A DNA stretch of 46,790 bases from Myxococcota bacterium. GTDB taxonomy: Bacteria > Myxococcota > Myxococcia > Myxococcales > Myxococcaceae. The stretch spans positions 1-46,790 of the forward strand of contig JBMORE010000190.1 of the NCBI GenBank assembly GCA_049322255.1. Direction: 5' to 3'. Position numbers and translations under genes: made by a program. Below, piece after piece: positions 28,401-36,775 of this stretch (positions are counted from its first letter, which is position 1; every line of letters starts with the position of its first letter). The notes beneath the pieces were generated by a model. The model saw only the letters and a program-made list of their open reading frames with translations. It did not search any database and was not told the origin of the DNA.

Positions 28401-29631
28401 CGCCTTCCGGCACCGGGTTTTGACAGACGTAGAACATCTGGGGGACGTCGTTGACCTCCAGCCCCCGGGGAACCGCCACCGCGCGACGGAAGGCCCAGTC
28501 CCAGCTCTCCTCGATGCCCTTGGCCGCGTCCATCAAGTCTTGCGGCCAGTTGGAGCTCAAGTAGTAAACGACCGGCTTGGGAGTGCGCTGGTCGACCGGA
28601 ATCGGCTTGCGGCATAAGCCCGCCTCACAGGCAAAGCCGTCGGCGCACAGCCCGGCGGCGTTGCAGGCGCCGGCCACCTCATGCGCGTGCTCCCAGATGT
28701 CGTGGCGGTTGGCGTAGGTGAGGCGGCCCGACTCGGTCACCCCACGGTTGCGGTCGTAGGTCACGCGGTCGGTGCGGAAGTAGCCGAACTTCGTTTCCAG
28801 CTTGTCGCCGTAGACGAGCGGCTCGTAGTCGAGCACGTGCGCCTCGTCGATGCGCCGCACCGAGGTGCGGATTTCAATCTCCGCGCTCTCGCAGTCCATT
28901 CTGGGGTTGAGCCAGCAGTAAGGAATACGGCCGTAGCCCGGGTAATAGAAAGTCGGCGGGTCGAAAATCGCCCGCAAGGTGAAGTCGAAGTACGCCAGCT
29001 CCTTCTTGCCGTTCTTTTCCACGTATTCGGTGAAGAACGCGTCGTCTTCGGTGTTGTCGTTCTCGGGAGCGATCCAACGGACCAGGGTGGCGCCCGAGGG
29101 ATACATATCGAGGAAGTTGACGATGGAGTTCGTCGCCCAGTTCACCCGAATGAACTCGCGCTCGTACCACGGCCGATCCTGGGTGTCCTCGACGAGGATG
29201 TTCGTCTGCTCGCCGGTCGCCGCGTTGTACTGCCGCTGCCGGTCGAAGTGCTTGACGATGGTCCAGGCGGCCACCGGTGCCCCGCGGTAGGGCTGGCCGT
29301 CGAGGGTCACCGTGTTGCCCAAGATGGAGCGCTGCTGGTCCACCGTCGGGTCGGTGCCGGGAACCCACTCATAGGTACGGTACGCGACCAGGTAGTCCTC
29401 CTGAATCTCGAACCGCACCTTCTCCAGCGCGCTCGGGTAACCGACGACCGCGAGCGGCGAAGTGGGAGGCACATCGACGATGGTGCTCTGCACGTACCAA
29501 GTGCCCGAGAGCAGGTCCGTCTTCTTGATTTCGTTGGGCTCGGTTCGGTCGATGAGGGCCGGAGACTGGTTGCAGGCCGCGACCAACATCGCGGCGACGG
29601 CCAGACCCAGGGTGCGCAAACGGGGGTTCAT
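25429..29631 (-). CDS. Giant (1400 aa) zinc-dependent metalloprotease lipoprotein, paralogue 2
   Basis: GGAG RBS, lipobox VAAC, metzincin HEVGHTLGLTHNF, Met-turn-like YSSIMDY, 'KFGYFRT'. Confidence 0.85.
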   Translation of the reverse strand: MNPRLRTLGLAVAAMLVAACNQSPALIDRTEPNEIKKTDLLSGTWYVQSTIVDVPPTSPLAVVGYPSALEKVRFEIQEDYLVAYRTYEWVPGTDPTVDQQRSILGNTVTLDGQPYRGAPVAAWTIVKHFDRQRQYNAATGEQTNILVEDTQDRPWYEREFIRVNWATNSIVNFLDMYPSGATLVRWIAPENDNTEDDAFFTEYVEKNGKKELAYFDFTLRAIFDPPTFYYPGYGRIPYCWLNPRMDCESAEIEIRTSVRRIDEAHVLDYEPLVYGDKLETKFGYFRTDRVTYDRNRGVTESGRLTYANRHDIWEHAHEVAGACNAAGLCADGFACEAGLCRKPIPVDQRTPKPVVYYLSSNWPQDLMDAAKGIEESWDWAFRRAVAVPRGLEVNDVPQMFYVCQNPVPEGAPAACGPQGLTVRLGDLRYNQIPWIDQPQLAGPLGLGPSAADPETGEIIQGVANIYGAGIDAIAGSTQQMVDVLNGDLALEDLISGKDIRDYVFEHLNPTDPRRQASGPATSGQPLVSDPQRPAASFAGIRGTLKAQIDAAKTKGHLPLFRQDRREVVDQLIANNPALESELINLPEVRAMVLASAPNAELRRKLESDASLFRTVARQTMLNLGELKRLQRERLEKAARINNGGCLYLAEFADDHAAGMAKDMKKLFDAKSAELLSQGHSAAEAKKLARNTVYNHLRNALTRHIGEHEVGHTLGLTHNFIGSFDALNYKDGYWDLRKDTIGVMVGGQRVLPLSPQNLLDATRQNQMQIDARMADYQYSSIMDYSMRFWVDRGIGKYDQAAILFAYAGGGEPGWVEVFNETRGKTPRDYENPNVAMPTDNLAKQLVVRGAHTEIPLAHVQHYTPVSNFYTDRFHYTTLPFHFADTNQTFEQMLDQGVKRMGNRSYRKWSELEALYDKLEKVYFDWQRNLGSWNEPDWTAARDIVGRTAPGMPVEVPYMYCSDYEVGAHIACNRWDFGADVFEVTNEWITRYQEDYVFNAFKRDRFGFGPDSYWNRIDRYTMNLPNVYQQWLFNIFWLQDYYDLTAEQMEQYFGVGDPIFQNYWTMAVIDGTNTLLRQLATPSTGYHGKLPSGSWVHLSTNKPDNARLPDSLETNYIQSTLAQGFTDVVYVPRGPGRSMYTLFESDGYDFFTRVNEVGHFWDQVMAISALASSSTNFLGVDRGSDALRYSLPYYMTFDRELSNVYGAVWSEDRSRYGSSLVKTGNGLATVVSPQFVRGEDFIADFNYPPPPPRLLDGSGSALPMEKVEASPTWGTRFYAQVYGMAFFTENFNQDFASQNQVYRLGSGEQITPAAGYSVVQFADPFGGYIYAAVKKDNDPAPPPAPQIILTAQQYKANWDLAAASSTGTYQGLTTAQWEAKTRELVRSLEIMRGLYNIFGRAI

Positions 29632-29681
29632 GTTCACTCCGTGGTGATGGGCATTCTTCGAAGACAGGTTCGGGCGCATGG

Positions 29682-32600
29682 TTAGAAAGCCCTCCCGAAG
29701 ATGTCGTAGAAGCCGCGCATCAGATCGAGGTCGCGGATGGTGTCCTTGAAGTACTCGGTGTATTCCTTGCGCCGCTGCTCCACGAGGTATGGGTTGCTTC
29801 GCTGGTCGGCGGGCATGCAGTCGCCCACGGTGTCGCCGGGACCGCCGAACGAGTTGGGGATGCGGGGCATCGGGCAGATGGCCGGGTCTTCCACCACCTG
29901 CCGATAGGCGTCGGCGATGCGAATGAGCCGCAACGCGGGGGTCGACATCCCGGAGGAACCGTCTTTCTCAATCGCCACGTAGCGGTGGCCGGTGGTGACG
30001 TCGGCGACCTCCACCGCGTGGTAACCGGGAGCAACCTGCACCTGCTCCTGGGAGCCGAGCTTGAACACCTGGTTCTGCTTGGCGAAGTCGAGGTCGTAGT
30101 TGACGCTGAAGAGGGCCATGCCCAGCCACAAGGCGTAAATTCGGCTCGTCCATGTGAGCTGGATGTTCACCGGTGCCACCAACTGCTCGGTCTTGAAGCA
30201 GTTTTGGGTGATGCCCTGATTGCAGACCGGCTGGTAGCGTGGGTAGGCGAAGCCCTGCACGTAATTCTCTCCCGCGATGTAGCGCTTGAACTGCACCGCC
30301 GAGGTCTTGGAGACCTTCCCCGCCTCGTCGAGGGTGAGGAACATGTTCGGGCGAATCGAGCCCTCGTCGTAGCCCCAGAGCTGGCCGAAGGTGTCGCCGA
30401 ACTCCTGCTTGAACACCAGGTAGTACGGAATCGAGTAGCGACGGAAGTCGGCGATGTCGTCGACCCCGAGGAAGGTCGCCTGGGGAAGGACGGCGGCGAT
30501 CATCGCACCCATTTGGTCGTTGTAGTGACCAGCCTCGAGCATGCGGTCCCAGAAGCCGAAGCCGCTCTTGAAGTCGTAGCGGCTGTACATGCGGCGGGCA
30601 AAGCCACGGCGCAGGTGAGCGAACGACGAGGCCCCGTAGTTGGAGGTGTAGTAGTCCTCGATAATCTGCTGGCCCTCGGGGAGGAGGTCGTCGAAATCCA
30701 CCCCTTCCGAGAGCAGGTCCCACTGGCCGTCGCCGTTTCCGAAGTCGCGGTACATGAAGAAGCCCGCGGGCGGCACCGACATCACCCCGAGGTGGTTGTT
30801 GGCTCCGTCGAGCACCGCCATGGTCCAGGTGTCCTGCATCAAGGGGTCGTACTGGTACTTGGGCAGAGCCTGCTGGTCGGTACCCGCCTGGCCGTAGAAG
30901 GCGAAGACCCAGTGCTTGTAGATGTCGGAGAGGTCCAGATAGGTGATCGCCGCGTTGTTGAACGCGCGCGACGAGGTGAACACGTAGCGGTCGCGCTTGA
31001 AGTGAGTGAAGTAGTAGCCGTTCCAGTAGTCCTGAATCTTGGTACGGGCGACCTCGTAGTAGTCGGGGCCGCGGTCGAACCGCTGGCAGGACAGCACCGA
31101 GCCCACGTGGTCGTCGGTGCAGAACATGTAGGGCACCTCGAGCGGCACGTTGCCCAGCTCACCCGCGGTGGGGTTGGGGTTGTTCTTGAGCAGCGCCTCC
31201 ACCTGCTGGTTCGCCTTCTTCACCTCCGACCACTTCATCAGCTTGCGGCGGCTCAGCTTGGTGATGCCGTCGGCGATGGTGGATTCGAGGTCCGCCCCCT
31301 GACCGAAGCGCAAGGGCACAGTGGAGTAGTGAAAGCGCTCGGTGAAGTTGGGCACACCCTGGTGCTTGTGCTGGGCGTTCACCAGCGGCAGGTCGTAAGC
31401 CGCGCCGTTCAAGGTGAGCTGGTTGCCGTCTGAGCCAGGGAAGGTCTGCGGCGTCGCGCGGGCTGACTCGAACACCTCGACGTACCCCGGTTCGCTGCCG
31501 CCGGAGTAGGCGAAGATGATCGCCGCCTCGTCGTACTTACCGATGCCGTAGAAGTCGCCGTTGCGCTTCCCCGAGTAGTCCATGATGGACGAGTACTCAT
31601 AGTCGTTCATGCCGCGGGCGATCTGGGTCTCAGTGCCGTCGGAGGCGGTCATCAAGTCCGCCGGAGTCCGCGGCACCTTGGGCTGGCCGTTCTGGCTGAC
31701 GGTGAGGCTCTCCTGCTTAATCTTCCAGTAGTCGTTGAAGTAGTTGACGGCGTCGAACGAGCCCTGGAAGTTGTGGCGCAGGCCCACGGTGTGGCCGAAC
31801 TCGTGCTCGCTGGTGGCGCGCCACACCGACTGACGCAGGCGGCGGCGTACCTCCTCGTCGGCCAGCCGCCGTGCCTCGGTGGCGGTGCAGGAGTAGGTGT
31901 TGGCGCAGCTGGCGTGGCCCTGGGCGACCAGCTCGGCGATGCGCGCGGCCCGCTTGGCGTTCTCGCGCAACGCCAGCCCCATCACCTCGCGGTCCATGAA
32001 CTCGGCCAGGTAGATGTTCCTACGCGACGCCCATTCGATGCGCTGCTTCTCGAAGTCGAGCGCCGAGGTCATCCGGGTGAGCACCTCGCGCGAGGCGCGG
32101 CGCTTGAACGCCGGGTCCACCTCAGCCTGGGTCGCCAGCGGCGCGGGCAAGAGGCCCAGCACGTCGTTTTGTACGTCGGGGTTGTCGAGGATGACGCTCT
32201 CCAGCGCCGGGTTCTTCTCGAGGAGGTCGGCCGCGAGCCGGGCCCGATCCGCGGTGTACTGCGGCAACCCGCCCCGCACCTTTGCTCCTTCCAGCACCGC
32301 CGACAGCCGAGCGGTGGGCTTGTCGAACGCGCCTTGGCTGGGAAGGTTGGTCTGCGGAATGCCCTGCAGCTCAGCCTGCAGCGGGCCGGACTTCTGAGCC
32401 TTGTAGCCACCGGCATAGTTGGCCCGGTTGGCCATGTACTCCTTCACGTCATCGCCCCGAATGATGTTGTCGATGGTCTTGTCGCCCACCAAGACGTTCA
32501 TCGTGTCGAGAATGCTCTGGGCCACCGAGTCCACCGCCGCCGAGTAGGTGTTGGCGTTGGCGGAGATGATTTCGCCGGTCTCGGGGTCGGCCGAGGAGGG

Positions 32601-33971
32601 GCCGTAGCCGAGCAGTCCGTTGGGGACCGGATCGGTGATGGTGTAGACGAAGCTGTAACGCACATCGCCCAGCTTGGCCTCGAAACCCTGCGGGCCGCAG
32701 GCAGCGGGGGCGCCGGCTGGCACCGGGTTCTCGCAGACGTAGAGCATCTGGCCCACCTCGGAGGGGTCTTTGCCCTGCGCAGCGGCGGCAGCACGGCGAA
32801 AGGCCACGTCCCAGTTGGTCTCCAGAATCTTCGCCGCCTCTTTGTAGGTGTCGTAGATGTCCGAGTGACCCATTCGGTCGGCGGGCGAGAGGTAGTAGAC
32901 CACCGGCCGCAGCTTGCGCGAGGCGAAGGGAATGGGCCGGGTGGGGTCGGGCTTGCCCTCGGCGTTCTTTTCGAAGGCGCCCTTGAAGATGCGGTGCCGG
33001 TTGGCCAGGAAAATGCGCGCCGACTCGGTGGTGCCGAACTTGCGGTCGTAGTTCAACCGCTCGGTGCGGAAGTACCCGAACTTCGTCATCAGGTCGTTGC
33101 CGTAGACGAGCGGCTCGTAGTCGTTGGTGACGTTGGGGTCGACCTTCCAGATCGACGTCCTCATGTGAATTTGCTGTGAGGTGCAGTCGTAGCGGTGGCC
33201 GCCACGGAAGTAGCACAGCGGGTAGTAGCCGTAGTCCTCGATGTACACTATCTCCGGCCTCGCCCAGTAGCGGCCGGTGAAGTCCATGTACTTGAGCTTG
33301 CCGTCGGCGCCGTACTCCAAGGTGGGCCAGTCGTAGGGGTCGGTACCGGGCTCGTTGGGCTGAATCCACGAGCTGCCGCTCGAGCCCCCCGCCGGGTTCT
33401 GCAGCGTGCCCCACGACATGCCGCTGTTCATGTTGAGCAGGTTCGCCGACCAGTCGACGCGTATGTACTCGCGCTGGTTCCAGACGCGGTCGGACGCGTT
33501 CTCCGAGATGACGTTCCCCTGCTCGGCGGTGGAAGTACTGTAGCTGCGCTGAATGTCGAAGTGCGACCTGATGGGGTAGCGCACCAGCGGAGCGCCGTAG
33601 TAGCGCTGGCCGCCGCGGCACTTGCCCTGCTCATCGCACACCTTGGCGGTGGTGCCCGAGGGAATCGAAGAGAGGTCGATGTTGCTCTCCGAGCCGGGAA
33701 TGAACGGGTAGGCGCGGTAGCCAATCAGGCTCTCCATCTCGATGTCCCAGACGACCTTCTCGATGTTCCCCGTCTCGCCGGTGAAGGTAAACCCGGTGGT
33801 GGCCGGAGTCTTGGTCACCGTGTTGCGGAAGTACCAAGTTCCGTCGAGCAGGTCGGACTTCTTGATGACGTTGGGCTGGACGCGGTTGATGTCGCCAGTG
33901 CTCTGGGCGCACGCAGCGGCCAAGAGCGCGGCGCCGGCGGCGGCGAGCCATCGAGTGGACATCCGGTTCAT
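29682..33971 (-). CDS. Giant (1429 aa) zinc-dependent metalloprotease lipoprotein, paralogue 1
   Basis: GGAGG RBS, lipobox AAAC, HEFGHTVGLRHNF, YSSIMDY. Collinear with the downstream paralogue. Confidence 0.85.
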   Translation of the reverse strand: MNRMSTRWLAAAGAALLAAACAQSTGDINRVQPNVIKKSDLLDGTWYFRNTVTKTPATTGFTFTGETGNIEKVVWDIEMESLIGYRAYPFIPGSESNIDLSSIPSGTTAKVCDEQGKCRGGQRYYGAPLVRYPIRSHFDIQRSYSTSTAEQGNVISENASDRVWNQREYIRVDWSANLLNMNSGMSWGTLQNPAGGSSGSSWIQPNEPGTDPYDWPTLEYGADGKLKYMDFTGRYWARPEIVYIEDYGYYPLCYFRGGHRYDCTSQQIHMRTSIWKVDPNVTNDYEPLVYGNDLMTKFGYFRTERLNYDRKFGTTESARIFLANRHRIFKGAFEKNAEGKPDPTRPIPFASRKLRPVVYYLSPADRMGHSDIYDTYKEAAKILETNWDVAFRRAAAAAQGKDPSEVGQMLYVCENPVPAGAPAACGPQGFEAKLGDVRYSFVYTITDPVPNGLLGYGPSSADPETGEIISANANTYSAAVDSVAQSILDTMNVLVGDKTIDNIIRGDDVKEYMANRANYAGGYKAQKSGPLQAELQGIPQTNLPSQGAFDKPTARLSAVLEGAKVRGGLPQYTADRARLAADLLEKNPALESVILDNPDVQNDVLGLLPAPLATQAEVDPAFKRRASREVLTRMTSALDFEKQRIEWASRRNIYLAEFMDREVMGLALRENAKRAARIAELVAQGHASCANTYSCTATEARRLADEEVRRRLRQSVWRATSEHEFGHTVGLRHNFQGSFDAVNYFNDYWKIKQESLTVSQNGQPKVPRTPADLMTASDGTETQIARGMNDYEYSSIMDYSGKRNGDFYGIGKYDEAAIIFAYSGGSEPGYVEVFESARATPQTFPGSDGNQLTLNGAAYDLPLVNAQHKHQGVPNFTERFHYSTVPLRFGQGADLESTIADGITKLSRRKLMKWSEVKKANQQVEALLKNNPNPTAGELGNVPLEVPYMFCTDDHVGSVLSCQRFDRGPDYYEVARTKIQDYWNGYYFTHFKRDRYVFTSSRAFNNAAITYLDLSDIYKHWVFAFYGQAGTDQQALPKYQYDPLMQDTWTMAVLDGANNHLGVMSVPPAGFFMYRDFGNGDGQWDLLSEGVDFDDLLPEGQQIIEDYYTSNYGASSFAHLRRGFARRMYSRYDFKSGFGFWDRMLEAGHYNDQMGAMIAAVLPQATFLGVDDIADFRRYSIPYYLVFKQEFGDTFGQLWGYDEGSIRPNMFLTLDEAGKVSKTSAVQFKRYIAGENYVQGFAYPRYQPVCNQGITQNCFKTEQLVAPVNIQLTWTSRIYALWLGMALFSVNYDLDFAKQNQVFKLGSQEQVQVAPGYHAVEVADVTTGHRYVAIEKDGSSGMSTPALRLIRIADAYRQVVEDPAICPMPRIPNSFGGPGDTVGDCMPADQRSNPYLVEQRRKEYTEYFKDTIRDLDLMRGFYDIFGRAF

Positions 33972-34006
33972 GTTGCCTCCGTTGGGAAAGCGCATCGGGA
34001 AAGGGG

Positions 34007-35119
34007 TTAGAAGCTGGCGGTCACGGCGACCGAGTAGGCGGTGAGGTTGTCGGCGCCGCTGACGAAGTCGAACCAGGGGAACCGGAAGTTCTTGTTGTCC
34101 ATCGTCTTCGGCGGCCCTTCGGTCTGCATGCCTGCCGAAACCTCGAAGACGTCGTTGACCGCGTAGCTGGCGCCGAGCGACCCAATCATGTTGTCGGAGC
34201 GGGCCATCCCCGTGGTCGCCACCGGGTTGCCGTTCGAATCGACCGCTTTGGGAGTGAACTCGTCGACCTCGCTGACGATGGCGTACTTAAAGGAAGTGCC
34301 GAGCCTGAAGCCAGCCGAGAACGACAGCTTGTCGTTGGCCTGGTAGCTCGCAGAGAGGTTGGACGAAAGGCTCCAGGCGGTGTTGGTGCCCAGGGTGCCG
34401 CAGAACTCTTCATCGGTGCGGCAGAGAAGGAGCAGGTTGCCCTGCTCATCACGTGCGTCGGAGTGCGACACCAGCTTCTGTGCGTTGCCGTGAATCCCGC
34501 GGCCCATGCCGAGGCTAAGACCAAACTTGAACTTGTTGACTTTCTTCGAAAGGTCAACGTTGGCCGAGAGGGTGGTGATGGTCGAGGCCTGCCAGGTTTT
34601 GGGATGAATGGGAATCAGCGCCCCGAAGCTCGCCCCGAGGGAGATGTCGGTCACCTTCTCCGTAAAAAGACCGGGGGCCTTGAGGCCGAGGCGAATGTCC
34701 GAGTAGTCGATGCGCCGGCCGTTGAGGTTGTCGGGCAACGAGTACTCCCATGAAAGGCTGGCCCGCGCCGACGCCGAGAGCTTGTAGTCCCGCACCTTGA
34801 AGGAGTAGCTGGGCCCTACGACCAGCGCCCCGCCCACCTGCGCGTAGTAGTCGGAGTTGACGAAGGTGCCCTGCCCCACCGAGTGGTCGAGGGCGACGCT
34901 CATGCGGAAAGGCTTCGAGTCGTCTTCCTTGTCGTCTTTGTCCTTCGAGGCCACCGCCGAAACCGCTACCGGGGCCTCCTCACCTTTCTCCACTTCGGGC
35001 GCCTTCGCGGAATCGGCAGCCGCGGAAACCGGAGCGGCCGCGGGCATGGGCCCTTCATGGGCCCAAACGAGCGCGGGCCAGCTGAGCATGACGAGGACGG
35101 CGGCGGTGAGCTTCTTCAA
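34007..35119 (-). CDS. Outer-membrane beta-barrel protein, first gene of the metalloprotease operon
   Basis: TTG start with GGAGG RBS, signal peptide ending VWA, Ala/Pro/acidic linker, many amphipathic strands, C-terminal beta-signal 'YSVAVTASF'. Confidence 0.75.
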   Translation of the reverse strand: MKKLTAAVLVMLSWPALVWAHEGPMPAAAPVSAAADSAKAPEVEKGEEAPVAVSAVASKDKDDKEDDSKPFRMSVALDHSVGQGTFVNSDYYAQVGGALVVGPSYSFKVRDYKLSASARASLSWEYSLPDNLNGRRIDYSDIRLGLKAPGLFTEKVTDISLGASFGALIPIHPKTWQASTITTLSANVDLSKKVNKFKFGLSLGMGRGIHGNAQKLVSHSDARDEQGNLLLLCRTDEEFCGTLGTNTAWSLSSNLSASYQANDKLSFSAGFRLGTSFKYAIVSEVDEFTPKAVDSNGNPVATTGMARSDNMIGSLGASYAVNDVFEVSAGMQTEGPPKTMDNKNFRFPWFDFVSGADNLTAYSVAVTASF

Positions 35120-35431
35120 AGGAAACCTCCTGCCTTCAACCCCTCAGGGGTCACGAGGATCGGCGGCCGGAGAGCAACTCCCGTTCCAGCCGACCCACAT
35201 GGCTCCCGTGGGTGGAAATATCCGAACTGCTTCAGTGTTTACGGGCGCTCGTCGAGGGCCACGCACTCCCTCCCTGGCACCGGCGGCATGCCCTGTTAGC
35301 AAGCGGGTCAGGGGTGAGCAAAGAGTCGACAAGAAACCGGCACCTTTGCAGGCGAAATGCCTGCTCTTTAAGGGGGCGCCCATGTAGCACACCTGTCGCC
35401 GGGCGATCAAACGGCCCCTCGAGCGCGCCTT

Positions 35432-36775
35432 TTACGAAGGGCCATCCTCGCGGCTCTGGAGCAGCCTCGTGAGCCGGGCGGGCTCGAGCCGCACCCGCAA
35501 GGTCTTCTCGCGGGAATACGTGACCTGGCCCGGAGCGCCGCCTTTTACCTTCCGCACGTACTTGACCGGCGTGTAGCTGACTTCGGCGAGCGACTCTCCC
35601 TTGGCCGCGGAGTGATGGACGGCGAGGTGGGCTGCGTCGAGCACGGTGTCGGGGTGTGGCAAGGCGCTCTTCGACAGCGGCACCACCACGTGCGCGCCTG
35701 CATGTCCGCGCGCGTGCAACCAAAGGTCGTTGGGTTTGGCGGTGCGGAAGGTGAGCGCCTCGTTGGCGGCAGCGCCCTTGCCGACGAGAATGCGCTCCCC
35801 AAAGCTGGAGAGGTACTCCTTATATGGTTTGGCATGGGCAGGCCCCTTCGGGCGATGCGCTTCGGCGAGCACCTCGGGCTGCGACAGGAGCGACTCTTCT
35901 TCGCGCGCCTTCACCTCGGCGATGGCGGCATCGAGGTGAACGAGCTGCTCGGTGAGCTCGCCCAAGCGGCGTTGCGCATGCTCGCAGCCGCGCAGAAGCC
36001 TGCGGTACTGGCGGAAGTGACGCTCCACCTGGTCTTTGGGAGACAGCGTCGGATCGAGCGGCACCGAAAGCTCGCGCTCGCCGTCGGCGGCGTACTCGGT
36101 CAACCGAACCGTCTTGGCGCCCTTCTTCACGCGGTGGAGGTTCTGCGCGAGCAGCTCGCCGAAGCGGCGGTGACGCTCGGCGTCTTCCTGGCGAGAGGCC
36201 TCGGCGCGCACCTTCTCCAACGTGCGCAAAAGGCGTGTGCGCTGGGTGCGCAGGGGCGCGAGCAGATGTTTTCGTACCTCGCTGGCGCGGGCGGACTTTT
36301 CGACGTCGGCGAAGCGCCACTCCACGGCGCGGGAGAGGGAGAGGGGCGGACTTCCTTTGAGAATGGGCCCCTCACCCCCGCCCTCTCCCAGGGAGAGAGG
36401 GGGGTTCAGCGAAAATCCACCCCCTCTTCCGAGGTTGGCCATCAGCCGATGTGCTTTCCCCTCGCGCTCGAAGGTGAAGCCCACCGTTCGCTCCATTCGC
36501 TCGACCTTCACCAGCCGCGCGCCGATGAGCTCGTGGCGAAGGCGCATCTGAAAGGAGCGCGGCTCCTTGGGCGAGGGAAAGCGCTCCGTGGCGACCGATA
36601 CCCTCGCCCGGCCTGGCTCGGTGCACAGGCACAACAGCACCGACTCACCCGGCACGCGCAGTTCCAAGTACGCCAGCTTGGGCAGGGGCAAGAAAACTTT
36701 CTGCACCACCGCGCCCACAAGCTCGCGCTCGAGCTCGGCGATGACCGCATCGAGCTCCTCGAGGCCCAGCGACAT
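35432..36775 (-). CDS. NFACT/FbpA/RqcH-family protein
   Basis: N-terminal 'LVGAVVQKV', 'FQMRLRHELIGARL', coiled coils with 'GELLAQNL..VPLDP', NFACT-R 'ILVGK....N..LTF...DLWLHARG..GAHVV...VSYT..KYVRK.KG..PGQV.Y'. Confidence 0.85.
   Translation of the reverse strand: MSLGLEELDAVIAELERELVGAVVQKVFLPLPKLAYLELRVPGESVLLCLCTEPGRARVSVATERFPSPKEPRSFQMRLRHELIGARLVKVERMERTVGFTFEREGKAHRLMANLGRGGGFSLNPPLSLGEGGGEGPILKGSPPLSLSRAVEWRFADVEKSARASEVRKHLLAPLRTQRTRLLRTLEKVRAEASRQEDAERHRRFGELLAQNLHRVKKGAKTVRLTEYAADGERELSVPLDPTLSPKDQVERHFRQYRRLLRGCEHAQRRLGELTEQLVHLDAAIAEVKAREEESLLSQPEVLAEAHRPKGPAHAKPYKEYLSSFGERILVGKGAAANEALTFRTAKPNDLWLHARGHAGAHVVVPLSKSALPHPDTVLDAAHLAVHHSAAKGESLAEVSYTPVKYVRKVKGGAPGQVTYSREKTLRVRLEPARLTRLLQSREDGPS
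36331..36402. repeat. Further copy of the REP-like unit, in frame inside the NFACT gene
   Basis: 36368-36402 cccctcacccccgccctctcccagggagagagggg matches 11035-11070. A partial inverted partner gggagagggagagggg lies at 36331-36346. Confidence 0.65.

Noticed and set aside
35120..35431. Known riboswitch (c-di-GMP/GEMM, cobalamin) upstream of the protease operon
   Set aside because: Conserved riboswitch motifs were not found by eye. An Rfam search is needed to exclude it fully.
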